Assembly: GCA_012961935.1 (NCBI GenBank)
Contig: DTYI01000107.1
Span: forward strand, 1 to 45,985
Reading direction: 5' to 3'
Source: Thiotrichales bacterium
GTDB taxonomy: Bacteria; Pseudomonadota; Gammaproteobacteria; CAZUMV01
Length of the DNA: 45,985 nucleotides
The notes under the pieces are model-generated. The model ran no database searches. It saw only the letters and a program-made list of their open reading frames with translations, and was not told the DNA's origin. The position numbers and the translations under genes are program-made. Positions within the stretch are counted from its first letter, which is position 1; every line of letters begins with the position of its first letter. Of this stretch, positions 26,329 through 36,756 are shown piece by piece.

Positions 26329-27432
26329 TCATGGCGCCTCCACAATCTGCGCCACCGATTCAGTGACATCAATAGCCACCGGACACCAGGTAATGCAACG
26401 ACCACAACCAACGCAGCCGGAACGTCCGTATTGATCAATCCAACTGGAAAATTTATGTGTTAACCATTGCCGATAACGTAAACTGGTTCCATTGCGAATG
26501 GTGATGCCATGAATATAACTATGCCCCTGCCCAAAACACGAATCCCATTCACGATAGTGGCTGGATGATTTGCCATCCAGCTCCGGTACTTCGTTTTCAC
26601 TGTGACAAAAACAGGTTGGGCAAACTGATGTGCAATTACCGCAGCTGAGACATTTTTCAGCAATGGTATGCCAGGTTTCGCTATCCAGTTCATCGAACAA
26701 ACGTGACTTGACATCCAGTTTTGGTAGCTGTCTGTTTTGTTTTGATGCATTGCTTTTAATTCGCTCAGACTCTGCACATTGCTCTGCTGTACTCTCTTGC
26801 AACACAAGCTTTGAGAGAACATTTTCACCCTGCTCGGTTTGCGCGGCGATTAAAAAACCATGCTGCAATTCGGTCAGCACAATATCACCGCCATCTTTTA
26901 CAAAGGGACCATCACCAGTGGAATAACAGAAACAGGTGTCGGCCGGATGGCTGCAATTTACCGCAATGATTAAAAGATTTTCCCGCCGTGCCTGATAATA
27001 AGGATCGACAAACTGCTGTTGCAGAAAATGCAAATCGTGAATTTTTAAAGCCGCAATATCGCAGGCTCTGGCACCAATAATCGCCAGCTTTTTCTCTGAC
27101 TTCTCTACTGCGCTAAAACTGATATTTCCGTCTGCATTCCGAGTACTGCTCCAGAGCATTTCTGTCGGTGCAAACAGTAGTGGTTTAATCGCTTGCGGCC
27201 CATTTGCCCAGTCAAAATATTTTGAACCGTTATTTGCACTCAGCGAATAACTGCCCGGCTGCTGCTGGTCATTAATGCCTTGCGGTAGTTGCACAACCGA
27301 TGTAATTTCATCATAAATAATGGTTTCATGGCGAACTTGTGGCGCAATACAGGCGTAACCTTTAGCCTGTAAATTATCCAGCAAATGCTGTAATTGATCC
27401 GTTTGAAAAAACAATGCTCTGGATCCTTTCAT
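26329..27432 (-). CDS. Hydrogenase beta subunit (4Fe-4S dicluster protein, AsrA/HydB-like)
   Basis: 367 aa from the ATG at 27432, which is preceded by aaagg. The track starts at a TTG at 27447. Motifs are CLSCGNCTSVCPTCFC and CVGCGRCITWCP. Confidence 0.85.
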   Translation of the reverse strand: MKGSRALFFQTDQLQHLLDNLQAKGYACIAPQVRHETIIYDEITSVVQLPQGINDQQQPGSYSLSANNGSKYFDWANGPQAIKPLLFAPTEMLWSSTRNADGNISFSAVEKSEKKLAIIGARACDIAALKIHDLHFLQQQFVDPYYQARRENLLIIAVNCSHPADTCFCYSTGDGPFVKDGGDIVLTELQHGFLIAAQTEQGENVLSKLVLQESTAEQCAESERIKSNASKQNRQLPKLDVKSRLFDELDSETWHTIAEKCLSCGNCTSVCPTCFCHSENEVPELDGKSSSHYREWDSCFGQGHSYIHGITIRNGTSLRYRQWLTHKFSSWIDQYGRSGCVGCGRCITWCPVAIDVTESVAQIVEAP

Positions 27433-27452
27433 AAATACCTTTAACAATCATC

Positions 27453-27486
27453 CAACTATAGTAGGGGCTATAGTTGACGATGGCAA
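27453..27486 (-). promoter_or_regulatory. Candidate sigma70 promoter with an overlapping 9-bp-arm palindrome upstream of the hydrogenase operon
   Basis: The minus strand reads TTGCCA (27481-27486), a 17-nt spacer, then TACTAT (27458-27463). The palindrome caactatag-N6-ctatagttg (27453-27476) covers the spacer and the -10 box. This is a pattern match by eye only. Confidence 0.3.
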
Positions 27487-27805
27487 AATTTGAGTGTTTA
27501 CTGATTAAAATCAGCCTTCCTTAGGCTTCAAGATAACAGGGAGCGAGATAAGCGGCACCTGAGACAAGCGAAAAAATGCTGTAGGCTTTTGTTCGACCGA
27601 ACAGGCGCAGCTGCGCAGCGGTTCCGCTTGATGGAGATGAGGAAGACAGTGGCTTCATGAAGCGACATCGTTCTGTTGACCAGAATACATCAAATTTTCG
27701 GCCCAGGGCCAAACGGTTGCTCGATTACAATTTAGGGTCAGCCTCGAATTAATCACATATCTTCCCAGCTGTCTCCGGGTTTTTATGTTGTAAGCTGTGT
27801 TCTGG

Positions 27806-28156
27806 TTAGAGTTCTTTCGCCTTGCGCACTTCTTCAAATGGATCGGTTTCATGCGTGCCTGGAACGACGTTGCAGATGCTGCTCTTTTTGCCCGTGGATT
27901 TATCGCAGCCTTCACGCGCTACGCGAGTAATGGTCAGTTCCGTCCAGATAATTGAGAGCACAATCATGCCCAGGCCAAGCATCAAACTGCCATTATAAAG
28001 CCAGCTGTATTCGGTGGGTGCCTGGAAAAAATGATAAGCCAGGGCAGCCAGTCCACCTGCCCAGAAAATCGTAATTGGTAAGGTGCAGCTGCTGGCGCAA
28101 CCATATCGGCAGATGGCTAGTGGTGGTATTGTGATTCCCAGAATGTGCCTGTACAT
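27806..28156 (-). CDS. Small integral membrane protein with a YqaE/Pmp3-like N-terminus (function unknown)
   Basis: 116 aa from the ATG at 28156. ILGITIPPLAICRYGC...TIFWAGG resembles Pmp3-type proteolipids. Further hydrophobic segments and a charged Cys-containing tail follow. Confidence 0.5.
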   Translation of the reverse strand: MYRHILGITIPPLAICRYGCASSCTLPITIFWAGGLAALAYHFFQAPTEYSWLYNGSLMLGLGMIVLSIIWTELTITRVAREGCDKSTGKKSSICNVVPGTHETDPFEEVRKAKEL

Positions 28157-28222
28157 TTTTCTCTGTTGTTGCTCTCGTCCGCTTTGAGTGTATCGCTTTA
28201 TGAAAATAAATGCCAAATTAAA

Positions 28223-29008
28223 TCATTGTTTTAATACGGAATTTAATCGCTTTTTCATTTCTGTGTAGACTTTTGGTGTGCCGCACAGAACATGACCTGT
28301 CTTCCAGTGGTTTTGTTCGCCATGCAGGTCGCCGACAAGGCCGCCTGATTCCTGAACCAGTAATAATCCGGCCGCCATGTCCCAGGGTTTCAGCGAAAAT
28401 TCCCAGAAACCATCCAGTCGTCCGGCGGCGACATAAGCCAGATCCAGTGCTGCAGAACCTGCGCGTCGAATGCCAGCAGTGTCCGGTACGATGACACGCA
28501 GGGTGTCGATATAAGTTTCTAAATCTTGTTCGGGTCGAAACGGGATGCCGGTACCGATCAGTGCGTTTTCCATGCCTCTGCGGTCAGAGACGCGAATACG
28601 TTTATTGTTTAGCCAGGCACCTGCGCCATATGAAGCCGTAAAAAGTTCATCTTTGAAGGGGTCGAAGACAACGGCCTGCTCAGTCCGGCCATTGGCCTGC
28701 ATTGCAATCGAGACAGCATAGTGTGGAATGCCATAAAGAAAATTGGTGGTGCCGTCGAGTGGGTCAATCACCCACTGGAAATCATTTCCCTGTGTGAGAC
28801 CACTTTCTTCTGCGAGTATGCTGTGTTCCGGGTAGGCTTTTTTGATGACCTCGATAATCTCCGCTTCAGCCATCCGGTCAACTTCGCTGACAAAATCATT
28901 ACGCGCTTTATTACTGATTGTCAGTGAATCAATCCGGTTGATGTGGCGGATAATAACGTGTCCGGCAGCACGCGCAGCTTGCACTGCAATGTTAAGAACA
29001 GGATGCAT
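28223..29008 (-). CDS. suhB: Inositol-1-monophosphatase
   Basis: 261 aa with AEESG, WVIDPLDGTTNF and WDMAAG motifs. Confidence 0.9.
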   Translation of the reverse strand: MHPVLNIAVQAARAAGHVIIRHINRIDSLTISNKARNDFVSEVDRMAEAEIIEVIKKAYPEHSILAEESGLTQGNDFQWVIDPLDGTTNFLYGIPHYAVSIAMQANGRTEQAVVFDPFKDELFTASYGAGAWLNNKRIRVSDRRGMENALIGTGIPFRPEQDLETYIDTLRVIVPDTAGIRRAGSAALDLAYVAAGRLDGFWEFSLKPWDMAAGLLLVQESGGLVGDLHGEQNHWKTGHVLCGTPKVYTEMKKRLNSVLKQ

Positions 29009-29060
29009 AAAAAGTGGTCCGCATTGTTAAAGAAATAGGAGCGCCAGGCGCAACTGGCCG

Positions 29061-29229
29061 CTAGCCCGCATTTCTCACAGGTTACCACGAATCTCGCTTG
29101 ATCTTTGATTCCACAAGGGATTTTCTGAATTCGGAAATACAGCCTGGTATTCCGCTCTTTCAGAAAATCCCTTGTGAAATCAAATCTACGGCGCGATATT
29201 CGCAACACTCTGTGAGAAATGCGGGCTAG
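29061..29229. repeat. Long-hairpin (MITE-like) intergenic element
   Basis: Perfect 20-bp terminal inverted repeat ctagcccgcatttctcacag (29061-29080) / ctgtgagaaatgcgggctag (29210-29229), plus an inner inverted repeat tttgattccacaagggattttctgaa / ttcagaaaatcccttgtgaaatcaaa. It lies between the divergent suhB and trmJ genes. Confidence 0.75.
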
Positions 29230-29240
29230 AATACCAAATC

Positions 29241-29996
29241 TTGGTGAAGCACCGTGAGGGCTGTGTGAAAGAAATTGCCGATAAAATAAAAATTGTGCTG
29301 GTCGAAACTTCGCATCCGGGCAACATCGGTGCTGCTGCTCGGGCGATGAAAACAATGGGGTTGGAGAACCTGACCCTGGTTCAGCCAAAAGATTATCCCT
29401 GCGTCGAAGCAACAGCCAGGGCAGCCGGTGCGGATGACGTGCTGGCCAATGCCGCTGTCGTCGAAACACTTGAAGAAGCAATTGAAGATGCAACTTATGT
29501 GCTGGGAACCAGTGCGAGACTGCGTACTTTGCGCTGGCCGGGAATTGACCCACGCAAGGCCGCTCAAGAGTCCGTCGAGGCAGTCACAAATGGTGGTTCG
29601 GTCGCGCTGGTTTTTGGCCGTGAATCATCCGGCCTCAGCAATGAAGAACTGAGCCTTTGTCACAAGCTGATCCATATCCCGGTCAATCCTGATTATAGTT
29701 CCCTTAACCTGGCGGCAGCGGTGCAGGTTATTTGTTATGAATTGCGCATTCTGCTGGAAAGCGATAACCAGCCCGTGGTTGTCGATGACAGCGGTGAACC
29801 ACCCGCCTCTGCGGGCGATATGGAGAGTTTTATCCAGCAGCTTGAGCAGACTTTAACTCACATCGACTATCTTGATCCGGACAACCCGCGTAAATCAATG
29901 CCGCGCTTGCGCAGATTGTTTCATCGCGCCCGTATGAGCCGCAACGAGGTGAGTTTACTTCGTGGAATATTAAAGCAGATTGGTAAGATAACTTAG
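29241..29996 (+). CDS. trmJ: tRNA (cytidine/uridine-2'-O-)-methyltransferase TrmJ
   Basis: SpoU/TrmH family, with IVLVETSHPGNIGAAARAMKTMG near the N-terminus. The start is uncertain: TTG at 29241 per the track, and the GTG at 29265 gives a more typical N-terminus. Confidence 0.85.
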   Translation: MVKHREGCVKEIADKIKIVLVETSHPGNIGAAARAMKTMGLENLTLVQPKDYPCVEATARAAGADDVLANAAVVETLEEAIEDATYVLGTSARLRTLRWPGIDPRKAAQESVEAVTNGGSVALVFGRESSGLSNEELSLCHKLIHIPVNPDYSSLNLAAAVQVICYELRILLESDNQPVVVDDSGEPPASAGDMESFIQQLEQTLTHIDYLDPDNPRKSMPRLRRLFHRARMSRNEVSLLRGILKQIGKIT

Positions 29997-30049
29997 TGCG
30001 TGGGGACGTAGTATGCAGTTTGCAGACTCATTATAAGAAATTAAGCGAT

Positions 30050-30382
30050 TTAGTGTTCTTTAGTTTTAGTATTCATCTGCATTAATTCTGAAACCTCAAG
30101 CGTCCCGCCAATTTTAAGAAAAGGACATGACTTTGCCATTTCAATGACAGCTTGCTGTGAATTGGCTTCGATAATGGTGAAACCCGACATTTCTGAGGTG
30201 CTGCCAGGTGTTACTGTTCCATCGGGGCTTATTACTGTGGTGTCTTTAAGTGGGTTTGCAGGGCTAATGATGGCATCCCCTAATGAAGTCAGCCATGTTC
30301 TGTACTCTTCAAAATGTTTCTGGGCTTCTTCCGGGTCGCTGGGTTGATTTCCGCCCAGGTAAGTTAATATGTATGTGGTCAT
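30050..30382 (-). CDS. YciI-like (YCII/DGPF-related) small protein
   Basis: 110 aa. The pattern MTTYILTYLGG...GFTIIEANSQQAVIEMAKSCPFL..GGTLEVSEL is consistent with the YCII-related family as recalled. It is inserted between trmJ and cysE relative to the Pseudomonas gene order. Confidence 0.5.
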   Translation of the reverse strand: MTTYILTYLGGNQPSDPEEAQKHFEEYRTWLTSLGDAIISPANPLKDTTVISPDGTVTPGSTSEMSGFTIIEANSQQAVIEMAKSCPFLKIGGTLEVSELMQMNTKTKEH

Positions 30383-30563
30383 TTTATCCTTTTAAATTTT
30401 ATAAAGTTAAAAATTCATCATAGTGAGGATAGCGCTTATAAACAACAAAAAATAAAAGGGGTTAATACAATCCTTCAGCGTGTAATACTGTACCTGTCAA
30501 CAAGCAGGGTAGTTATACTAGGGACACTTTGAATATTAAAGAAATGAAGTAGGTGGATGCCAG

Positions 30564-31349
30564 ATGCTTGACCGACTAAAAGAAGATATCCAGTGCATTT
30601 TTGACCGTGACCCGGCAGCTCGGAATACGTTTGAAATTCTGACGACCTACCCGGGCGTCTGGGCGATTATTATGCACCGTATCAGCCATGCACTTTCCAA
30701 CAAGGGGTTCAAGTGGCTGGCGCGCCTGTTGTCGAATATTGTTCGCTTGCTGACGGGGATCGAAATACACCCCGGTGCAAAAATCGGTAGACGTTTTTTT
30801 ATTGATCACGGCATGGGTGTGGTGATTGGTGAGACGGCTGAAATCGGAGACGATTGTACCTTGTATCAGGGCGTCACTTTGGGTGGCACCAGTTGGGATA
30901 AGGGTAAACGCCACCCAACACTGGGCAATAATGTTGTCATCGGTGCTGGTGCTAAGGTGCTGGGGCCTTTCATGATCGGCGAAGGCGCACGCATTGGTTC
31001 TAATGCAGTGGTGCTGCGCGAGGTGCCGCCGGGTGCGACAGTTGTCGGCATACCCGGCCATGTCATTGGCAGCAAGCGCCACAAAAAAGTGGCGAGTCGT
31101 CGTGATCTGGAGAAGAAAGTGGGATTTGATGCCTATGGTATGAGTGCGGATATGCCTGATCCGGTTGCGATGGCGTTTGATGGTTTGCTTGACCATATTC
31201 ATGCTATGGATCAAAGAATGGAAGAAATGTCAAAAGTAATCAATGAGCTGGGAGGGGATGTGTCGGATGTAGCCTTGCCCGAAATCGATCTTGAGGATAT
31301 GTCTACGGAAAGCATGGAAAACACGGACAAAGAAGAAGGTAATACTTGA
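30564..31349 (+). CDS. cysE: Serine O-acetyltransferase
   Basis: 261 aa. DPAARN...[41 protein letters not shown] hexapeptide-repeat core. Confidence 0.9.
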   Translation: MLDRLKEDIQCIFDRDPAARNTFEILTTYPGVWAIIMHRISHALSNKGFKWLARLLSNIVRLLTGIEIHPGAKIGRRFFIDHGMGVVIGETAEIGDDCTLYQGVTLGGTSWDKGKRHPTLGNNVVIGAGAKVLGPFMIGEGARIGSNAVVLREVPPGATVVGIPGHVIGSKRHKKVASRRDLEKKVGFDAYGMSADMPDPVAMAFDGLLDHIHAMDQRMEEMSKVINELGGDVSDVALPEIDLEDMSTESMENTDKEEGNT

Positions 31350-31401
31350 CTGGTTTTGTCGGGTATTATAGTCTGTCCTCATAGAAGATTGAGGAAGCTA
31401 C

Positions 31402-31875
31402 ATGAAACTGACAACCAAAGGGCGTTACGCCGTGACCGCAATGCTTGATCTGGCACTGCATAACGACAACAGTCCCGTCACATTGAACGACATCGCTGGC
31501 CGTCAGGGACTGTCATTGTCCTATCTTGAGCAACTTTTCGCAAGGCTTCGCAGAAATGGGCTGGTCACCTCGACTCGTGGCCCGGGTGGTGGCTACTCCC
31601 TGTCGCGTGTTGCAGATGAGATTGCAGTGTCCGACGTAATTTCAGCCGTCGATGAGAAAGTCGACAGCACCCGTTGTGGTGGAAATACAGATTGCCAGGA
31701 TCAGAAAAAATGCCTTACCCATGATCTCTGGTGTGATCTAAGTGATCAGATTCAACAGTTTCTCGCCGGGATCAGTCTCGGCGATTTAATGCAGCGTGGC
31801 GTTGTACAGGAAGTCGCCGCGCGGCAAGACAAGCTTTTGAAGGTGCCCGTAACCGTTCAGAACGCTAACGCTTAA
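31402..31875 (+). CDS. iscR: Fe-S cluster assembly transcriptional regulator IscR (Rrf2 family)
   Basis: 157 aa. [19 protein letters not shown]..., cluster-ligand Cys residues (C..C.....C), and a position upstream of iscS. Confidence 0.9.
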   Translation: MKLTTKGRYAVTAMLDLALHNDNSPVTLNDIAGRQGLSLSYLEQLFARLRRNGLVTSTRGPGGGYSLSRVADEIAVSDVISAVDEKVDSTRCGGNTDCQDQKKCLTHDLWCDLSDQIQQFLAGISLGDLMQRGVVQEVAARQDKLLKVPVTVQNANA

Positions 31876-31899
31876 AGGCTTAATGCCGGAGATTTATTA

Positions 31900-33123
31900 A
31901 TGAAAGAAGTGACAACACCTATTTATCTGGACTACTCAGCCACAACGCCCACGGATGAGCGGGTTGCAAAAACCATGTGCCAGTACCTTACCGTCGAAGG
32001 GGATTTTGGTAATCCCGCATCGCGTTCTCACGTGTTTGGCTGGAAAACGGATGAAGCGGTTGAAAACGCGCGCAAGCAGGTTGCTGACCTGGTGAATGCC
32101 GATCCCCGCGAAATTATATTTACTTCCGGCGCAACTGAATCTGACAACCTCGCAATAAAAGGCGCGGCGCATTTTTATCAGAAAAAAGGCAAACACATCG
32201 TTACCTGCAAGACAGAACATAAAGCAGTGCTCGACAGTTGCCGGCAACTCGAACGCGAAGGTTTCGAAGTCACTTATCTTGATCCTGAACCAGACGGCTT
32301 GCTTGACCTTGAGAAATTCAAGGCCGCACTGCGGGATGACACCTCACTGGTTTCCATCATGCATGTGAATAACGAAATCGGTGTGATTCAGGATATTGCA
32401 GCAATTGGTGAAATGTGTCGTGAGCGCAAAATTATTTTTCACGTCGATGCCGCACAAAGCGCAGGTAAAGTGCCGATTGATCTGCAAGATCTGAAAGTCG
32501 ATTTAATGAGTTTTTCTGCGCACAAAATATATGGCCCGAAAGGCGTTGGTGCACTGTACGTTCGCCGCAAGCCACGTGTGCGTCTGGAAGCACAGATGCA
32601 CGGCGGTGGCCACGAACGCGGCCTGCGTTCCGGCACGCTGGCAACGCATCAAATTGTTGGTATGGGTGAAGCATTCCGTATCGCAAAAGAAGAAATGACC
32701 TCCGAGAATGACCGCATCCTGACGCTGCGAAATCGTCTCTGGGATGGCTTCAAGGATATGGAAGAAGTTTATTTAAATGGCGATCTGGAACAGCGTGTGG
32801 CTGGCAACCTCAACGTCAGCTTTAATTTTGTTGAAGGTGAAAGCCTGATCATGGCGCTGAAAGATATTGCTGTTTCAAGTGGTTCTGCCTGCACATCGGC
32901 ATCGCTGGAGCCAAGTTATGTGCTGCGTGCGCTTGGTCGTGATGATGAGCTGGCGCATAGTTCGATCAGATTTACCATTGGCCGTTACACGACCGAGGCC
33001 GAGATTGATTTCACCATTGACCTGGTGAGAGACGCGATAGAACGATTACGTGAGTTGTCGCCACTCTGGGAAATGTACCTGGATGGCATCGACCTGAAAA
33101 GTATTCAGTGGGCAGCGCATTAA
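31900..33123 (+). CDS. iscS: Cysteine desulfurase IscS
   Basis: 407 aa. PLP-lysine region [12 protein letters not shown], active-site SSGSACTS, and C-terminal SIQWAAH. Confidence 0.97.
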   Translation: MKEVTTPIYLDYSATTPTDERVAKTMCQYLTVEGDFGNPASRSHVFGWKTDEAVENARKQVADLVNADPREIIFTSGATESDNLAIKGAAHFYQKKGKHIVTCKTEHKAVLDSCRQLEREGFEVTYLDPEPDGLLDLEKFKAALRDDTSLVSIMHVNNEIGVIQDIAAIGEMCRERKIIFHVDAAQSAGKVPIDLQDLKVDLMSFSAHKIYGPKGVGALYVRRKPRVRLEAQMHGGGHERGLRSGTLATHQIVGMGEAFRIAKEEMTSENDRILTLRNRLWDGFKDMEEVYLNGDLEQRVAGNLNVSFNFVEGESLIMALKDIAVSSGSACTSASLEPSYVLRALGRDDELAHSSIRFTIGRYTTEAEIDFTIDLVRDAIERLRELSPLWEMYLDGIDLKSIQWAAH

Positions 33124-33150
33124 TATTTTTATAAGTTTAGGGGAAAGATT

Positions 33151-33534
33151 ATGTCATACAGCGATAAAGTGATTGACCATTATGAGAATCCACGCAACGT
33201 TGGTATTCTGGATAAGGATGCCAAAAATGTCGGTACCGGTATGGTCGGTGCGCCTGCATGTGGTGACGTGATGCGTCTGCAAATCCAGGTGAACGATGAG
33301 GGCGTGATTGAAGACGCAAAATTCAAGACCTATGGGTGTGGCAGCGCGATTGCTTCTTCCAGCCTGCTCACCGAGTGGGTGCGTGGTAAAACTTTAGAAG
33401 AAGCGAGTCAAATCAAGAATATGGAAATTGTCGAAGAACTGGCTTTGCCGCCCGTTAAAATTCACTGTTCAGTACTGGCTGAAGATGCGATCAAAGCCGC
33501 TGTCCAGGATTACCAGGAGAAGCAGGGCAAATAA
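33151..33534 (+). CDS. iscU: Fe-S cluster scaffold IscU
   Basis: 127 aa. [27 protein letters not shown] and [12 protein letters not shown] motifs. Confidence 0.97.
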   Translation: MSYSDKVIDHYENPRNVGILDKDAKNVGTGMVGAPACGDVMRLQIQVNDEGVIEDAKFKTYGCGSAIASSSLLTEWVRGKTLEEASQIKNMEIVEELALPPVKIHCSVLAEDAIKAAVQDYQEKQGK

Positions 33535-33535
33535 T

Positions 33536-33859
33536 ATGGCAATCACGCTGACAGATTCGGCTGCAGAGCGAGTGAGTAATTTCCTTGCCCAGCGAGGTAA
33601 GGGTCTTGGTTTGCGCCTGGGCGTGAAAACGACAGGCTGTTCGGGCATGGCTTATGTCATGGAATATGTCGATGAACTGGAAGAGGGCGACCAGGTTTTT
33701 GAAGATAAGGGCGTCAAAATTATCATCAACCCCAAGAGTCTGGTCTATCTGGATGGCACCGAACTGGATTTCGCCAGAGAAGGTTTGAACGAAGGTTTCA
33801 AATTCAACAACCCCAACGAGTCAGATCGTTGCGGCTGTGGTGAAAGTTTCACTGTCTGA
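33536..33859 (+). CDS. iscA: Fe-S cluster insertion protein IscA
   Basis: 107 aa from the ATG at 33536 ([13 protein letters not shown]...), ending CGCGESFTV. The longer track ORF overlaps iscU out of frame. Confidence 0.93.
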   Translation: MAITLTDSAAERVSNFLAQRGKGLGLRLGVKTTGCSGMAYVMEYVDELEEGDQVFEDKGVKIIINPKSLVYLDGTELDFAREGLNEGFKFNNPNESDRCGCGESFTV

Positions 33860-33877
33860 TATCTGTTAAATAACAAC

Positions 33878-34423
33878 ATGTCGGTCGATCTCAACAGCAA
33901 TTTTTTTGAATTGTTTTCTCTCCCTGCGGGTTTTGAAATCGATAATTCTGCGTTGTCTGAAAGTTATCGGGTATTACAGCGTGAGTTTCATCCCGACCGT
34001 TTCGCAAATGCAGATTCGACCAGTCGACGCCAGGCGATGCAGATGTCCGCACATATTAACGAAGCGTTTGAAACTCTGAAAAACCCGCTGCTACTAAGCC
34101 GCTATTTACTTGAGCTGCAAGGGATCAGTATGAATCAGGAGACGGATACCACTTCTGATGCCGGATTCTTGATGCAACAAATGGAATTTCGTGAGCAGAT
34201 GGATGATGTTGAGAACCAGCCGGATCCACTTGAAGCGGCTGATCAATTACGGGATGCCGTACAGTCGGAAAACGCGTCTTTGTTGCAACAGTTTCGCAGT
34301 GAATATGAACAAAATAATTATGATGCAGCCCGACAAACCTGGCTCAAACTGCAATTTTATGATCGCTTGCTGGAGCAATTAAGCCTGCTCGAAGCACGCC
34401 TTGAAGATGAGTTGTTAAATTAA
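33878..34423 (+). CDS. hscB: Co-chaperone HscB
   Basis: 181 aa. J-domain with HPD ([10 protein letters not shown]), in the isc operon position. Confidence 0.9.
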   Translation: MSVDLNSNFFELFSLPAGFEIDNSALSESYRVLQREFHPDRFANADSTSRRQAMQMSAHINEAFETLKNPLLLSRYLLELQGISMNQETDTTSDAGFLMQQMEFREQMDDVENQPDPLEAADQLRDAVQSENASLLQQFRSEYEQNNYDAARQTWLKLQFYDRLLEQLSLLEARLEDELLN

Positions 34424-34425
34424 CG

Positions 34426-36309
34426 ATGGCTTTGTTACAGATTTCAGAACCCGGTATGGCCACCGCACCGCATCAGCATCGGCTGGCGGTGGGTATTGAT
34501 CTGGGCACGACCAACTCACTGGTCGCGACGGTGAGAAATGCTGTAGCAGAAACTTTACCGGATCAAGACGGCCAGCATCTTCTACCCTCTGTTGTTCAGT
34601 ACAAAAAAGACGGTGTTACTGTTGGACAGGCTGCCAGCGAAGCTGCCAGAGAAGACCCACTCAACACATTGTCGTCGGTTAAACGTTTGATCGGTCGTTC
34701 GGTCGACGACCTCAAACTTGTGGCAGGGCATTTACCCTGGAAATTTGCTGGCACAAATAGTGCAGTCCCGAGGATAAAAACAATTGCGGGCGAAGTGACC
34801 CCCATTGAAACTTCAGCGGAAATTCTCAAAGTTCTCAAACAGCGCGCCGAGGAAACACTGGGTGGTGAGCTCAGTGGTGTGGTGATTACCGTACCCGCTT
34901 ATTTTGATGAGGCTCAGCGTCAGGCAACCAAAGATGCCGCAACGTTGGCTGATCTGAACGTCTATCGCCTGCTGAATGAACCCACTGCCGCGGCGATTGC
35001 TTATGGCCTGGATCAGGGCAGGGAAGGCGTCATTGCAGTTTACGATCTGGGTGGCGGTACGTTTGATATTTCCATTTTACGTTTGAATAAAGGTGTTTTT
35101 GAAGTACTGGCAACGGGCGGCGATAGCGCTTTGGGTGGTGATGATTTTGATCAGGCCATTGCACAGTGGATCCTGACCGAAAGCGGGACTGAAGCGGCGG
35201 CAGATGATTATTGTTTTATGCGTGGTCTGATGCAGCTTGCACGCGACAGTAAAGAAAAATTAACAGAATCGGAAACAGCCAGTATCGACCTCGTTTTACC
35301 GGATGGCAGCTCGTGGCAAGGTGAATTATCACGCGACCAGTTTGATCAGCTGATTGAAGCGTTTGTGAAAAACACCATTCTGGCCAGCCGTCGTGCACTG
35401 CGTGACGCGGGTGTCAAAAAAGAAGACGTGCTGGAAGTCATCATGGTCGGTGGCTCGACACGCGTACCGCTGGTGCGCGAAAAAGTTGCCGAGTTTTTTG
35501 GCCGTGAGCCGCACGTAGAAATTGACCCTGACAAGGTCGTCGCCATCGGCGCGGCACTGCAGGCAGATGTGCTCGCTGGCAATAAGCCGGATGATGAAAC
35601 GCTGTTGCTGGATGTAATTCCACTCTCATTGGGTATCGAAACCATGGGTGGACTGGTCGAAAAAATCATCACCCGCAACACAACGATACCCGTTGCGCGA
35701 GCGCAGGAATTTACCACCCATAAAGATGGCCAGTCAGCGATCGCGATTCATGTCCTGCAGGGCGAACGCGAACTGGTCGATGATTCACGTTCACTGGCGC
35801 GGTTTGAACTGCGGGGTATTCCACCGATGGTGGCGGGCGCGCCGCGTATTGAAGTTAAGTTTCAGGTGGATGCCGATGGGCTTTTGAATGTCTCCGCAGA
35901 AGAAACCAGTAGTGGTGTGCAGGCGAGTGTCGAAGTGAAACCTTCCTACGGTTTGAGTGATGAAGAAATCGAAGCCATGTTGCGCGCGTCGATGGATCAT
36001 GCGACTGAGGATATGCAGGCCAGGGCATTGCGTGAGCAGGAAGTTGAAGCCTACCGGGTGATCGAAGCTTTGGATGCGGCCATGGAGGCGGATGCAGATG
36101 ATCTGCTCAATGAAGAAGAAAAGCAGGCTATTCTGACAGCGCGTGATCATTTACAGGAACTGGTCTGCGAACACAGCGAAATGAATGCCATCAAGGCGGC
36201 GATTAAGAATCTGGAAAAAGCTTCAGAATCCTATGTCGCGCGGCGGATGAATTTGAGCGTTAAGCAGGCCATGACTGGCCATAAAGTTGATGAGTTTGAG
36301 AAGTTATAA
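34426..36309 (+). CDS. hscA: Fe-S protein assembly chaperone HscA (Hsp70 family)
   Basis: 627 aa with Hsp70 signatures [17 protein letters not shown] and VGGSTRVP. Confidence 0.95.
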   Translation: MALLQISEPGMATAPHQHRLAVGIDLGTTNSLVATVRNAVAETLPDQDGQHLLPSVVQYKKDGVTVGQAASEAAREDPLNTLSSVKRLIGRSVDDLKLVAGHLPWKFAGTNSAVPRIKTIAGEVTPIETSAEILKVLKQRAEETLGGELSGVVITVPAYFDEAQRQATKDAATLADLNVYRLLNEPTAAAIAYGLDQGREGVIAVYDLGGGTFDISILRLNKGVFEVLATGGDSALGGDDFDQAIAQWILTESGTEAAADDYCFMRGLMQLARDSKEKLTESETASIDLVLPDGSSWQGELSRDQFDQLIEAFVKNTILASRRALRDAGVKKEDVLEVIMVGGSTRVPLVREKVAEFFGREPHVEIDPDKVVAIGAALQADVLAGNKPDDETLLLDVIPLSLGIETMGGLVEKIITRNTTIPVARAQEFTTHKDGQSAIAIHVLQGERELVDDSRSLARFELRGIPPMVAGAPRIEVKFQVDADGLLNVSAEETSSGVQASVEVKPSYGLSDEEIEAMLRASMDHATEDMQARALREQEVEAYRVIEALDAAMEADADDLLNEEEKQAILTARDHLQELVCEHSEMNAIKAAIKNLEKASESYVARRMNLSVKQAMTGHKVDEFEKL

Positions 36310-36312
36310 AAA

Positions 36313-36651
36313 ATGCCAAAAATAATTATTTTACCGCACGAAGAAATTTGCCCGGATGGGGCTGTTTTTGAAGCAGAACCGGGCGTATCAATCTGCGATG
36401 CCGCGCAAGCGCATGATGTTGAAATTGAACACGCCTGCGAAAAATCCTGTGCCTGTACAACCTGTCACGTCTATGTGCGTGAAGGATTTGATTCACTGGA
36501 AGAGTCAACAGAAGAAGAAGACGATATGCTCGACAAGGCCTGGGGTCTGGATCCAGATTCGCGTCTGAGTTGTCAGGCGCGGATTGCCGATGAAGACCTG
36601 GTCATCGAAATCCCCAAATACACCATCAATATGGTTTCTGAAAGCCATTAG
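36313..36651 (+). CDS. fdx: [2Fe-2S] ferredoxin (ISC system Fdx)
   Basis: 112 aa. [12 protein letters not shown]...C adrenodoxin-type cluster ligands, downstream of hscA. Confidence 0.93.
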   Translation: MPKIIILPHEEICPDGAVFEAEPGVSICDAAQAHDVEIEHACEKSCACTTCHVYVREGFDSLEESTEEEDDMLDKAWGLDPDSRLSCQARIADEDLVIEIPKYTINMVSESH

Positions 36652-36756
36652 CCCGGATATTGCATGAAGCCGCTCTTTAGTTTTGTTGATCCAATGATTT
36701 CTATAAAAAATGCTGGAATACTAGCAGGTAACGAAATGTGCCTGCGTTTTCGCTAT

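Noticed and set aside
27521-27915. ORFs 27521-27712 and 27655-27915 (-) upstream of the hydrogenase operon.
   Set aside because: They are short and Arg/Ala/Ser-rich. One overlaps the 3' end of the small membrane protein gene. They show no motifs. I treat the interval as a promoter or leader region.
28921-29567. Minus-strand ORFs 28921-29553 (210 aa) and 29226-29567 (113 aa).
   Set aside because: They run through the 169-nt hairpin element and lie antisense to trmJ and the suhB 5' end. The translations are Arg/Pro/Leu-rich, as expected for antisense of GC-rich coding DNA.
31346-31372. An IscR type-1 operator or promoter upstream of iscR (TTGACT ... TATAGT, containing tattatAGTCtgtcc).
   Set aside because: Only a partial half-site resembles the recalled ATASYYGACTRwwwYAGTCRRSTAT consensus. 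The -35/-10 spacing would be only 15 nt. This is too weak to report as a feature without comparative data.
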